Notes: generated by a model from the sequence alone, not told the origin. Shown: positions 1 through 10,515, counted from the first letter of the stretch. The stretch: DNA of 20,000 nucleotides from an uncultured virus (IMG/VR IMGVR_UViG_3300020151_001403) (IMGVR_UViG_3300020151_001403), one strand, 5' to 3'. Program-made: numbers and translations.

Positions 1-16
1 ATAAATTAGATTGTTA

Positions 17-856
17 ATGAAAATTTTACAAAAAACAGGTGATTATAACATAATCATTAATCAAGAAACGGATTTTCAAATGAATTTAGGTTGGGAAGAA
101 AGTCTTGCTCAATTTGAAGAGGAGGTTTTAGAAGATATCATAAACCCAATCGATAATTATGAAACGGTGAGATATGTTCATTCACCATATAGTGGTATAA
201 CAGTAAACACAGGAGATACACAAACTGATATTTGGTACGATTTTAAATTTATCGATTCAACAAGCGGATACACTAACGGAACTGATTACACATTAGTAGG
301 AATTACCGTTGATGAGAACGCTAAAATGTTAAAACAATCGGCTGAAAGTTTTTTTAGGTTAGAATTTTTTAAAACACCACTAATATCAGGAACAACATAT
401 GAACCACCAACAAGGATTAATAGAAAATTGGCTTTCGCTAAGAATTTATCGTTACCAATAGGTGAGAAGTATTTTTACACTCCAATCAATGATAATATAC
501 ATGTTCCCGTTTTTATGGGTTCAAATTACAAAAATAAGGAAAATATGTATATTTTTTGGTTTCAAGATGACACCGTTTTGAATGATTCCGTTTTAAGTGG
601 AAACACTTTTTTTATGACTTCTAAATTTTTTAATGCTAAAGATGGTACAATAATGGATTTCACAACTACGGGTTTAACAATAGACCAAGAAGTTGTTGAG
701 TATAGGGATATGTACTATAAGGTTAATATAAATAAAAACGACTATTCTTATAAAATATATAGATACACAGGAGGAACAACTACAGAAACAGATAGAGTGG
801 GAAATATTAGTGGAGGTACTATAAATAATGCGATTAAGTTTTACGAAAAACGATAG
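17..856 (+). CDS. Hypothetical phage structural protein (~279 aa)
   Basis: The track starts the ORF at TTG 11. ATG 17 is preferred because it overlaps TAA 15-17 (TAATG) of a probable upstream gene ending ...KLDC*. First gene of the virion cluster in this window; carries 8 [ST]GxT motifs. Confidence 0.75.
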   Translation: MKILQKTGDYNIIINQETDFQMNLGWEESLAQFEEEVLEDIINPIDNYETVRYVHSPYSGITVNTGDTQTDIWYDFKFIDSTSGYTNGTDYTLVGITVDENAKMLKQSAESFFRLEFFKTPLISGTTYEPPTRINRKLAFAKNLSLPIGEKYFYTPINDNIHVPVFMGSNYKNKENMYIFWFQDDTVLNDSVLSGNTFFMTSKFFNAKDGTIMDFTTTGLTIDQEVVEYRDMYYKVNINKNDYSYKIYRYTGGTTTETDRVGNISGGTINNAIKFYEKR

Positions 857-870
857 TTATAGTAATATAG

Positions 871-3800
871 ATGAGAAAAAATAAGTACACCATTAGACGT
901 AATCAAATACCAAATGTTAGACTGGTTTCATTAACCGGACAGACATGGTATGACTCTAATGATAATCTTATTTCATGGTCTGGCAACACAGGTAATCTAC
1001 CAACTGGTTTCACACCAAGTAACGGATATGTGGTTTATAATATTACAGGTGGCACTATTAATGGTGGTTATTACAAATGGGGAGTACCAACGGGAAACAC
1101 ATGGAATGCTATAACTGGTACAACATCGTATATTAATTCACAAATTTATCCAACCAATCAACTACCACTTTATTTGGAGGCAACTTCTGATGAATATGGT
1201 TCAATGGTTGCTTTCGACGGTAACTTAGCTATCGAATCAAGTCAAACACAAATTAATGCCAACTTCACATATGAGGTGGATTGTAATACTGTAATCGTTA
1301 CCAATACAACAAATCTAAATAATGTTAAAGGTTTAAATGACATTACATTTACAGTAAATTGGGGTGATGGAACAACATCACCTATCGGCGTTTATGGAGT
1401 TTGTACAGGTGTTGATTGTCATAAGGCAACAAAAATATATAGTTTAAACGGGTCAAAAAATATTAAAGTAACATTAGATGCTCCTTGGGTAAATAATGAA
1501 TTAAGTAAGGCGGTTAATATTGATTGCCAAGTGTTCCCAACACCAACACCAACACCTACCGTTACACCTACATTATCTATTACCGCGACAAATACAAAAA
1601 CACCTACAGCAACACCAACGATTACACCAACAAATACAAATACACCAACTGTTACAAAAACGTCGACACCTACAACCACACCAACAAAGAGTATTACACC
1701 GACGGCAACTCCAACAACAACGATGGAGGCTACACCTACAATGACACCAAGTGTTACACCAACTGTATTGTGTGAATTTGATGTTAATATCGAAGTACTC
1801 GGAATTATTCCTGGTGAGGGATGTGATTTTATTTACACGGGTGGATATTCTCAAACACCATTAGAATATATAATTGATTTAGGTAACAATGCTGGAACAT
1901 TTAATTTCTATTATAGTGGTTTCACTATTAACGATAGTTTCGATGTTTATTATCCAGTTGACACTTTATTAACTACGACATCAATTGTAAGTCAATCAAA
2001 CATAACAACAGGTTCAACGGTATTCTATGCTGATGGTACATCAAATTATGTGAGAGTTGTTGTTAATCAAGTAGATTCAGGAGATATTGAAACTTTATGG
2101 GCGTTTATGGTAACATGTATTGTGCCTCTATCACCTACCCCAACACCAACACATACCGCTACACCAACGATTACTCCAACAAAAACAAGTACAGTTACAC
2201 CTACAAAAACACCTACAAAAACACCAACACCAACAAGGACGGCCACCCCTACACATACACCAACACCAACAACTACACCAAATTATGTGTGTGGTGTGCC
2301 AATCAATGGTAGGTACATATATAACACATCAGGAACAACTGAATATTTTGTTCATGGTATAACACAATCGGGAACTATTGCGTTTGAATATGAATCATAC
2401 GATTTGGGTGATAGTTTTGAATTATTTTATGAGAATGTATCGTTAGGTGCACCAATTTCGGGTACGGGAATCACATATTTTACACTTAACTATAATAGTG
2501 ATGATTTTGTAAAAGTTAGAGTTACTAATTTTGATTATGAAACCGTATATCGATTTACAGTATATTGTGTTAATGTACCGGGACCATCTAATACACCAAC
2601 CCCCACACCTACTAAAACTGTTACACCAACAGTTACACCGACAAACACAATCACACCAACAGTAACACCAACAAATACTATTACACCAACAAAAACAATT
2701 ACACCCACCCCAACCAAAACAAATACACAAACACCAACAGTTACTAAAACAAACACACCTACACCATCTATTACAAGAAGCGCTACTCCAACACCTACAA
2801 ATACAGGTACACCTGGTGTAACCCCAACACCGACTAAGACAACAACGCCAACTATTACACCAACTAAAACTGTAACACCAACGGTAACCCCAACAAATAC
2901 CGTAACACCAACAGTTACACCGACAAATACAATAACACCAACAAATACACCTACAAATACAATAACACCAACAGTTACACCAACAATTACACCTACCAAC
3001 ACAATAACACCAACAAATAGTGTTACACCAACCAACACGCAAACTCAAACCCAAACAGTTACACCAACAAATACAATTACGCCAACTAATACTATAACAC
3101 CTACCAATACAGTAACACCTACTAACACGCAAACTCAAACTCAAACAAATACACCTACTAATACAATAACACCAACCAACACTATAACCTCAACAGTTAC
3201 CGTAACACCAACTAATACTATTACACCAACAAATACTGGTACACCAACAAACACACCAACAAATACGCCTACAAATACTGGTACACCAACAAACACACCA
3301 ACAAATACCTCCACACAAACACCAACTCAGACTGAGAATTTTGTACCATCACAAACTCCAACAAATACCGTAACACCAACTAACACAATTACACCAACAA
3401 ATACTGTAACACCAACAGTTACCGTAACACCAACTAATACTATTACACCAACAGTTACACCAACAAATACAATTACGCCAACTAATACTATAACACCTAC
3501 GACCACTAAAACAGCAACACCAACACCGACGCCAACAAATCCTTGTGGACCATATAATTTAGATGTTTCATTATTATCAACTGATTGTTCATATAGTAGC
3601 GGTGACCCTAATGCACTATATTTGAATGTATTCACAGTAGGTAGTTATCAAGTAAGATTGGTCGACACTTTAGGTATCAATACGACAGCATGGCAGACGG
3701 ACAATAATTTCTTTGACGGTATACCTAATGGTACATATTATGCTCAAGTTAGAAGTACCGCAGCAAATCAGTGTACCGCAAATAGTAACGAATTCGAATT

Positions 3801-4641
3801 AGATTGTTTTGGAGAATTTATTATTACGAATGTTACGTTTGACTGTGATTTAGGTACGGTTTCAATATCAGTTACGGGAGGAACACCAAATTATAGTTAC
3901 AGTATTAATGGTGGTGTCACATATAGTGCACCAACAGGAAGTACTACATATACTACAACATTTACAGGTGATACTATAAATGTGTGGGTTAAGGATTCAA
4001 CAAATAATGTACAAAGATGGTATACAATTTATTGTAATGTAACGACAACATTTATACCAATTTATTTAGACCAAGGTGCGTCTGGACACATCTTAGAACC
4101 TGATAATACACAAAGAACAAGTGAATTTAGTGTTAAAAAGGCTAAAAATCAAACTCACTCTTTAACTGGTGTTACCAATGGTAATACCACATTCCACGGA
4201 TGGTCATATGGTAATAGTAGAAATAGTCAATTAATTACTGCGCAAAATAACTACACGCACACATTCGAAAGAGATGTTAGGGTTTATGCTTTATTCAAAA
4301 ATTTGAGTGCGTATACTGAGAACTTCTGTTTTACATTAACAACTTTAGGTTATGTTTTAACATGTGAAGAAGAAACCACATTCTGTAGTAATTGTAGTGT
4401 AACCGAACAAGTTTTCTTTAAACCAGTCGATTACATAAATGCGAAGGGAGACTATGGTAAGATTGTAAATTGGTACAAAGATGAAGCATTTACCACACCG
4501 GCAGATAACGGTTACTATAGACTACCATCACCAACTAATAAAAATAACGATAAAGAACTATTTATGTTAAGTAATGGTGTACCAACTTCAAAAGGAATTT
4601 GTGGTGGATGTACACCGGGTAACACACCACTTAGTTGTTAA
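871..4641 (+). CDS. Large virion adhesin/tail-associated protein (1256 aa): PKD-like domain, two beta-sandwich modules, three Pro/Thr linkers, SprB-like and InlB B-repeat-like domains, Cys-rich C-terminus
   Basis: PKD signature ANFTY...TNT...NWGDG (1258-1530). SprB-like GTVSISVTGGTPNYSYSINGG and GIPNGTYYAQVR (3545-4040). B-repeat-like LTG....TFHGWS...YTHTF...VYALF (4045-4302). PT repeats visible in the sequence. Confidence 0.75.
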   Translation: MRKNKYTIRRNQIPNVRLVSLTGQTWYDSNDNLISWSGNTGNLPTGFTPSNGYVVYNITGGTINGGYYKWGVPTGNTWNAITGTTSYINSQIYPTNQLPLYLEATSDEYGSMVAFDGNLAIESSQTQINANFTYEVDCNTVIVTNTTNLNNVKGLNDITFTVNWGDGTTSPIGVYGVCTGVDCHKATKIYSLNGSKNIKVTLDAPWVNNELSKAVNIDCQVFPTPTPTPTVTPTLSITATNTKTPTATPTITPTNTNTPTVTKTSTPTTTPTKSITPTATPTTTMEATPTMTPSVTPTVLCEFDVNIEVLGIIPGEGCDFIYTGGYSQTPLEYIIDLGNNAGTFNFYYSGFTINDSFDVYYPVDTLLTTTSIVSQSNITTGSTVFYADGTSNYVRVVVNQVDSGDIETLWAFMVTCIVPLSPTPTPTHTATPTITPTKTSTVTPTKTPTKTPTPTRTATPTHTPTPTTTPNYVCGVPINGRYIYNTSGTTEYFVHGITQSGTIAFEYESYDLGDSFELFYENVSLGAPISGTGITYFTLNYNSDDFVKVRVTNFDYETVYRFTVYCVNVPGPSNTPTPTPTKTVTPTVTPTNTITPTVTPTNTITPTKTITPTPTKTNTQTPTVTKTNTPTPSITRSATPTPTNTGTPGVTPTPTKTTTPTITPTKTVTPTVTPTNTVTPTVTPTNTITPTNTPTNTITPTVTPTITPTNTITPTNSVTPTNTQTQTQTVTPTNTITPTNTITPTNTVTPTNTQTQTQTNTPTNTITPTNTITSTVTVTPTNTITPTNTGTPTNTPTNTPTNTGTPTNTPTNTSTQTPTQTENFVPSQTPTNTVTPTNTITPTNTVTPTVTVTPTNTITPTVTPTNTITPTNTITPTTTKTATPTPTPTNPCGPYNLDVSLLSTDCSYSSGDPNALYLNVFTVGSYQVRLVDTLGINTTAWQTDNNFFDGIPNGTYYAQVRSTAANQCTANSNEFELDCFGEFIITNVTFDCDLGTVSISVTGGTPNYSYSINGGVTYSAPTGSTTYTTTFTGDTINVWVKDSTNNVQRWYTIYCNVTTTFIPIYLDQGASGHILEPDNTQRTSEFSVKKAKNQTHSLTGVTNGNTTFHGWSYGNSRNSQLITAQNNYTHTFERDVRVYALFKNLSAYTENFCFTLTTLGYVLTCEEETTFCSNCSVTEQVFFKPVDYINAKGDYGKIVNWYKDEAFTTPADNGYYRLPSPTNKNNDKELFMLSNGVPTSKGICGGCTPGNTPLSC
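1537..1764 (+). repeat. Pro/Thr-rich coding repeat 1 (linker)
   Basis: ACA-CCA-ACA-rich stretch encoding PTPTPT/TVTP/TITP units. Confidence 0.9.
2125..2280 (+). repeat. Pro/Thr-rich coding repeat 2 (linker)
   Basis: Encodes PLSPTPTPTHTATPTITPTKT...TTTP. Confidence 0.9.
2578..3543 (+). repeat. Pro/Thr-rich coding repeat 3 (~320 aa mucin-like stalk; [16 protein letters not shown] units)
   Basis: Degenerate 12- and 18-nt units. Higher-order duplications with a 90-nt period (TQTQTQT at about 3031 and 3121) and a 42-nt period (TNTGTPTNTP at about 3229 and 3271). Confidence 0.95.
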
Positions 4642-4651
4642 AAAATAATAT

Positions 4652-7600
4652 ATGCCTTTAAGTAACACATATTCGGGTTCATTTAACATAACAGGGTTTA
4701 CAAAAAATAAACCTGATTACATAGTTACGGATAGTAGCTCAACGGGCAAAAAGTTTGCTACGGATACTATTGTTTTTAGTGGCGGTACCACTAATCACTC
4801 AAGTGTAAGATTCGATATTACATATACGGGAGATGCTGATGTTGCAATGGTTAGTTTTGCGTTAGATAAAGGAAACCAATTATCCTTTAGTCTTAATGAA
4901 CAAGGGCCATATGTACCATTTTATGTTGCTCATCCTATATATGGACCAAATCAAATATCACATACCGGACAAGGTATTGAATTAAGTAGTGGTATTAAAA
5001 AAAGTGTTTATATTATTTACAATGCGAACCAAGAAAGTGTTACCGAAAATGTATTAATTTATATGTCGGTTGGATTAACAAACGGTAAAACGCCAACAAA
5101 TAATCACAACTATACAATAGAATTTAATTGCCCAAGTCCGGTTTATACATATAATGTTGGTGTTCATGTTTATTCACCATATGATTCAATTAACACCCCA
5201 AAATTAACCACAACATTAGTATCGTTAAAAGAAATTACCACATGGACCGAAATGGGACCATTAGGTGCAAATATAACAAGAGTATATCATGATAAATTAA
5301 TGGTATTACCTGCTTATCCTTATTATTATGGTTATAATAATAAGGTTTATAAAGTTGGCGTACCATTTAGTAGGTCATTTGGTCTTTTATATCAATACAA
5401 ACTTAGGATTTCACCACTTATTCGTGAAGTGTTAGGTAATCCAGACCAAATAACTGAAAATGTAATGGGACCAATGGATTGGACAGGTGTTTTTGGTTTT
5501 ACCGAACCAGGTCAGTTTCCCGCGTGTGTGTTTCCCGTAATGGACAGAGGTATTATAAAACAAATAACCGATAAAGTTAAAATACCACAACCACAAAAAT
5601 ATGAATATTATTTAGGATTTGACTATACAAATAAACAAAAATCAAACGATGATTATTTTGTTGAATACTCATTTAAAGAAAAAAAATTCTATCCAATCAC
5701 AGGTTTAAGACATGCGTTAAATAGATTATTAAATGGATACGTTAGAGGTGTTGATATTGAAAATTCTCCAGAAATTATTAAAACTGACTTTTGGGGTGGT
5801 TTATTAGATTTTGGTAAAGATGTATTTGGTGTTGTACCTTTTGTTGCCGGTTGGTTGGGAGATTTTCTTTACAATATTTTTGGATTAAATATCGATTTAT
5901 CACAACTTTTTAATTGGATTACAGGCCCATTACAACAAGTAATGACAAAAATTACTGCATATGTTGGACAAACGTTCATAACATCGGCAACAGTATTTAT
6001 AGAGACATTTTTAATTCCACTTTATTTATTTTACGTTGGGGTTAAATTTTTAATTTTTATTTATGACTATATAATACCTTCAGATTATACCATAGAAGAA
6101 CCTTGTCGACAGTTAATAAGATTTAAAACAACAGGACCTTATATTGAAACGGGACAAACTATTATACAAAATTATTCGTACTTAGATTACACCTTTTATT
6201 CAATTAATAATGAGGTTACTTTAGTTACCAATAAAACCAGAACAATGAACGGTTATTATTGTGACGGAGCGTATTTTTATCAGCAATCAGGTAATGTTGT
6301 TACAACTAAAGAATTATCCTCAACAACTGGTCTTATTAAATATGATAAAGATTTTAACCCTATTTTGGGATTTGATAAATCTATAACTCCCGATAGTCCA
6401 ACATTTATACAAAATGGATTATCATTATTGTTTTTACCATACACATCTGGTGTACCTATAAATGACCCATTTGATTTTTCCGGGTTTGATTTTTATTTCA
6501 ATTTCCCCATATCAGGCTCAACAACTCCCGATATTGGTGGTGAAATGGAGGAAACTCAATTAAATGTTGATTTATATATACCTCCCGGAACTTCAATAAG
6601 TTTTAATAGTCAAGAAGAGGCAGACGGAATTGCTCAAGGTTTATATGATGGTATGGTATCGGCAATAACAGGTACCACTGATGGTGATTATAACTATTCA
6701 TCACCAATTAGTGTTAATGACATTGGTATTGTGACATCATATTTTACACATGAAATAAAAATTGAAAATGAACCCAAAATTTTAGGTTTATTTTATAATA
6801 ATACCGATAATCAAAACCTTACAATTGGTAAAAACGTATTTTATGATATAACAGGAAGATATAAAGTTTTAAATGGTTTTTATTCCACAACTGGAGATAC
6901 CTCATATAGATTATTTTATAAAATTAATGATGGCCAATTAACTGACATCTATACAATGCAAACTTCAGGGTCAACCATTGTAAGTGGGGTGACAAGTGGA
7001 GACACTTTATCGGTGGTTACAAGTAATTTGAATTATACAAGCGACTGGTATTTCTTTGACGCTAATTATAACAATATTTACAATTTAACTAACGATTATA
7101 AAAATAAAAAAGTTTTTAATCCAAATACTTTGTATAATGAAGCATTCATGAAAAGAGGATATGTTTCATCAGGTTACACCGATTTAAATATATATGATAG
7201 TAACATTGGACCTGTTGGTTCAATAACTGAAGGTGAAACTGGTACGTATTTAATTTTATCACCTTGGAATCATGGTGAAACATTCTATTACTACAGAGGT
7301 GAGAATGTGACTGTTGATATTGAAGAGATTTGTACATTACAATCAACAGTAGTTGACCCATTATATGGTTTCTATATTGTTGGTAGAGATGATAATGGAT
7401 TCCTTTCATCTTTACATAATAATGTTGAAATGACCATTAAAGTATACGTTGATGCTGTACTTGCTCAAACATATACAGGTATAACAAGTTCATTATCAGA
7501 AGCAAAAACATATATTCCATATACTGGTATTAGTTTGACAGATAATGTCACGCTAATTGAAATTTATTCATTTGACACACCAAACCCATATAATAAAATT

Positions 7601-10501
7601 TATTATAGTGGTGGTACATTTATTGGGTGTATTAACCCATCCCCAACGCCAACAAATACAGTTACGCCAACTAAAACAAATACACCAACCCCAACACTTA
7701 CCCCAACCAACACAATTACGCCAACAAATACGGTAACCCCAACCAATACCATAACACCTACGCAAACACAGACACCAACAAATACTATTACTCCTACGGT
7801 AACAGAAACCCCAACAGTTACACCTACAGTTACCATTACGCCAACAAATACAGAAACACCAACAAATACTCCAACACAAACGCCAACAACTACTAAAACA
7901 TTAACTCCAACACCTACAGAAACACCTACAAACACTCCTACAGAAACACCTACAAATACGCCCACAGAAACGCCAACACAAACACCAACACCCACAGAAA
8001 CGCCAACACAAACACCAACAACTACTAAAACATTAACGCCAACACCTACAGAAACACCTACAAATACGCCCACAGAAACGCCAACACAAACACCAACACA
8101 AACACCAACAACTACTAAAACATTAACGCCAACACCTACACAAACTCAAACACCAACACCATCACCATACCCACCTAATGGTATATCATTATCGAGTAAT
8201 TCAATACCTGAGAATAGTTCGACTAACTATGTTATTGGAACATTCTCATCACAAACCGCTAGTGCGATTAGTGAGACGTATACATATACATTAGTTGCAG
8301 GAGCGGGTAGTGGTGATAATGGTAGTTTTAATATTTCAGGAACACAGTTAAGAAGTTCTGAAGTTTACAATTATGAAGCCAAATCATCGTACTCAATAAG
8401 AGTTCGTTCAACCAACTCACTTGGACAATATTACGAAACAACATTTACCATTAACATTACTAATGTTAATGAAACACCTGCTTCAATCTCATTAACTAAT
8501 AACAGTATCAACGAGAATTTAGGTGGTAATGTACTCGTTGGATATTTCTCAACAACTGACCCTGATGCGGGTAACACATTTACATACACATTAGTGGCTG
8601 GTAATCATAGTGATGATAATGGGGCATTTAGTATTTCAGGAAACGAATTACGTAGTATTAACAATCTAAATTATGAAAGTGATAATGAGTTTTGGATAAG
8701 AATTCGTTCAACAGACCAAGGTGGTTTATATGTAGAGGCTGAATTCACAATTTATGTTAACGATGTTAATGAATCCCCAACGGACATTACTTTAAGTAGT
8801 GGTTCTCAAAACGAAAATACATCTACTAACACAACAATCGGAACCTTCTCGACAAGTGACCCAGATGCGGGTAATACGTTTACTTATACATTAGTGGCGG
8901 GAACTGGTGATGCGGATAATAGTAGTTTCAATATTTCAGGAAATGCACTTAGAAATTCAATAGTTTTTAACTACGAGTCTAAATCATCATACTTAATTAG
9001 AATTCGTTCTACGGACCAAGGTGGTTTATATTTTGAAAAACAATTTACAATTACAGTAAATAATGTTAATGAAACACCAACAGATATTAGTTTAAGTAGT
9101 AGTTCACAAAATGAAAACACGTCAACTAATACAACAATTGGAACGTTCTCAACAAGTGACCCAGATGCTGGTAACACATTTACTTATACGTTAGTTGCGG
9201 GGACTGGTAGTGGAGATAATGGTAGCTTCAATATTTCAGGAAGCTCACTTAGAAATTCTGTAGTTTTTGATTACGAAACTAAATCATCATACTCAATTAG
9301 AGTACGTTCAACTGACCAAGGTGGATTATACACTGAAAAAGAATTTACAATTAGTGTTAATAATGTTGCAGAACCAACATATGCAATCACATCATCAGCA
9401 TATACAGTTGCTGAAGGAGATACAATAACATTGACCGTAAATACTACAGATATTGGAAATGGAACGTCACTTGGTTGGTATGTTGGTTATAACGGAACAA
9501 CATCATCTGCTGATTTCTCAAGTGCAACAAGTGGAAATGTTACAATTAATAGTAATACGGGTACATTTACATTAACAATTTCATCTGACGGATTATCAGA
9601 AGGTAGTGAATCATTCTATGTGGTATTAAATAGTACCGGTGGAAGTGCTGCTGCCACAACAACCGATATAACAATCTTATCATACCCAGTATTTACATTG
9701 GGAACTACTCAACCAAATTGTGTTACGAATGGTACGAGTACAACTGGTAAACTTTTAATTACAGGTGGAAACCCTGGTGACAAATATAGATATTGTGCAA
9801 GTGCAACATTCTCATGTACAAATAACGGTTGTTCATCACCTGACGGTACATTAGATGGTAGTGGAAATGCAACAATTGATGTGAATTATGTAAATGGTCA
9901 GGGTAATCCACAATATACTGTTAGGGTTTACAACGCTAGTCCAAATTGTAATACTAGTGTTTATACTGACCATACAGTAACTTTATACGAATCAATTTGT
10001 ATCACAGCAACAGTATCAAGTACAAATGCCGCATGTAATGGAGGTAACGGTTCTATAACTATTACCAATGTTACGGGTGGAAGTGGTGGAACATTCCAAA
10101 CTAAATTAAGTAGTGTTTACACCACATATACGAATTGGACATCATCAACAACATATAACGTACCTGCAGGTGCGTACACTGTTTACATTAAAGATAGTGC
10201 GGGTAAAGTTGAAGAATATTCTAGTACAATAACACAACCAAGTGCACTTGGAATATTTGCACAAAAAACCGCATTTGACCAAATTTATGCATCCGTTTCA
10301 GGTGGCGCTGCAGGTGGTAAAACATTTGAATTATATCAAGATTATAGTGCACCATACGAAGTTGGTGGAGGTAGTTTAGTTGACACATTAACTGATACAT
10401 CAAATGTAACATTTACTAGTGTTACCGCGGGTTATTATTATGTTAAAGCTATCGATAATAATGGTTGTACTGAAACAACTGCATATTTAATAACAATGTA
10501 A
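4652..10501 (+). CDS. Giant virion adhesin/tail-associated protein (1949 aa): hydrophobic helical segment, DUF5977-like motif, PT linker, 4 cadherin-like repeats, Calx-beta, SprB-like repeats
   Basis: Cadherin motifs xENxxx...DPDAG...[18 protein letters not shown]...NVNE. Calx-beta-like VAEGD...ADF...GNVT...[10 protein letters not shown] (9379-9685). SprB-like [13 protein letters not shown]...[10 protein letters not shown] and [14 protein letters not shown] (9995-10501). Confidence 0.8.
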   Translation: MPLSNTYSGSFNITGFTKNKPDYIVTDSSSTGKKFATDTIVFSGGTTNHSSVRFDITYTGDADVAMVSFALDKGNQLSFSLNEQGPYVPFYVAHPIYGPNQISHTGQGIELSSGIKKSVYIIYNANQESVTENVLIYMSVGLTNGKTPTNNHNYTIEFNCPSPVYTYNVGVHVYSPYDSINTPKLTTTLVSLKEITTWTEMGPLGANITRVYHDKLMVLPAYPYYYGYNNKVYKVGVPFSRSFGLLYQYKLRISPLIREVLGNPDQITENVMGPMDWTGVFGFTEPGQFPACVFPVMDRGIIKQITDKVKIPQPQKYEYYLGFDYTNKQKSNDDYFVEYSFKEKKFYPITGLRHALNRLLNGYVRGVDIENSPEIIKTDFWGGLLDFGKDVFGVVPFVAGWLGDFLYNIFGLNIDLSQLFNWITGPLQQVMTKITAYVGQTFITSATVFIETFLIPLYLFYVGVKFLIFIYDYIIPSDYTIEEPCRQLIRFKTTGPYIETGQTIIQNYSYLDYTFYSINNEVTLVTNKTRTMNGYYCDGAYFYQQSGNVVTTKELSSTTGLIKYDKDFNPILGFDKSITPDSPTFIQNGLSLLFLPYTSGVPINDPFDFSGFDFYFNFPISGSTTPDIGGEMEETQLNVDLYIPPGTSISFNSQEEADGIAQGLYDGMVSAITGTTDGDYNYSSPISVNDIGIVTSYFTHEIKIENEPKILGLFYNNTDNQNLTIGKNVFYDITGRYKVLNGFYSTTGDTSYRLFYKINDGQLTDIYTMQTSGSTIVSGVTSGDTLSVVTSNLNYTSDWYFFDANYNNIYNLTNDYKNKKVFNPNTLYNEAFMKRGYVSSGYTDLNIYDSNIGPVGSITEGETGTYLILSPWNHGETFYYYRGENVTVDIEEICTLQSTVVDPLYGFYIVGRDDNGFLSSLHNNVEMTIKVYVDAVLAQTYTGITSSLSEAKTYIPYTGISLTDNVTLIEIYSFDTPNPYNKIYYSGGTFIGCINPSPTPTNTVTPTKTNTPTPTLTPTNTITPTNTVTPTNTITPTQTQTPTNTITPTVTETPTVTPTVTITPTNTETPTNTPTQTPTTTKTLTPTPTETPTNTPTETPTNTPTETPTQTPTPTETPTQTPTTTKTLTPTPTETPTNTPTETPTQTPTQTPTTTKTLTPTPTQTQTPTPSPYPPNGISLSSNSIPENSSTNYVIGTFSSQTASAISETYTYTLVAGAGSGDNGSFNISGTQLRSSEVYNYEAKSSYSIRVRSTNSLGQYYETTFTINITNVNETPASISLTNNSINENLGGNVLVGYFSTTDPDAGNTFTYTLVAGNHSDDNGAFSISGNELRSINNLNYESDNEFWIRIRSTDQGGLYVEAEFTIYVNDVNESPTDITLSSGSQNENTSTNTTIGTFSTSDPDAGNTFTYTLVAGTGDADNSSFNISGNALRNSIVFNYESKSSYLIRIRSTDQGGLYFEKQFTITVNNVNETPTDISLSSSSQNENTSTNTTIGTFSTSDPDAGNTFTYTLVAGTGSGDNGSFNISGSSLRNSVVFDYETKSSYSIRVRSTDQGGLYTEKEFTISVNNVAEPTYAITSSAYTVAEGDTITLTVNTTDIGNGTSLGWYVGYNGTTSSADFSSATSGNVTINSNTGTFTLTISSDGLSEGSESFYVVLNSTGGSAAATTTDITILSYPVFTLGTTQPNCVTNGTSTTGKLLITGGNPGDKYRYCASATFSCTNNGCSSPDGTLDGSGNATIDVNYVNGQGNPQYTVRVYNASPNCNTSVYTDHTVTLYESICITATVSSTNAACNGGNGSITITNVTGGSGGTFQTKLSSVYTTYTNWTSSTTYNVPAGAYTVYIKDSAGKVEEYSSTITQPSALGIFAQKTAFDQIYASVSGGAAGGKTFELYQDYSAPYEVGGGSLVDTLTDTSNVTFTSVTAGYYYVKAIDNNGCTETTAYLITM
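7637..8176 (+). repeat. Pro/Thr-rich coding repeat 4 (~180 aa; TNTITP, TETP and [11 protein letters not shown] units)
   Basis: acaactactaaaacattaac recurs at about 7886, 8018 and 8108. TETP/TQTP units are tandemly repeated. Confidence 0.95.
8171..9373 (+). repeat. Four tandem cadherin-like domain repeats (~300-nt period)
   Basis: Linkers NVNE/DVNE/NVNE/NVAE at 8462, 8762, 9062 and 9362, an exact 300-nt spacing. Repeats 3 and 4 are the most similar and differ largely at synonymous sites. Confidence 0.93.
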
Positions 10502-10515
10502 TATTTTATAAAAAC

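Noticed and set aside
11..16. TTG start at 11 for the first ORF
   Set aside because: ATG 17 overlapping TAA (TAATG) matches the coupling seen at 12668-12672 and is more plausible.
2578..3543. CRISPR array
   Set aside because: The repeats are degenerate, in-frame coding units without constant repeats separated by unique spacers.
1419..8073. Antisense and alternative-frame ORFs rich in VG, CW or QH (1419-1679, 1520-1744, 1524-1775, 1573-1854, 2097-2312, 2120-2362, 2443-3144, 2535-3038, 3327-3635, 7568-7879, 7603-8073)
   Set aside because: They are shadows of the ACA/CCA Pro-Thr repeats, which lack stops in other frames, and they coincide with the repeat tracts.
8774..9373. Diversity-generating retroelement TR/VR pair in cadherin repeats 3 and 4
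   Set aside because: Differences are mainly at third codon positions and involve all bases rather than adenines only. Both copies are in-frame domains, and there is no reverse transcriptase in the window.
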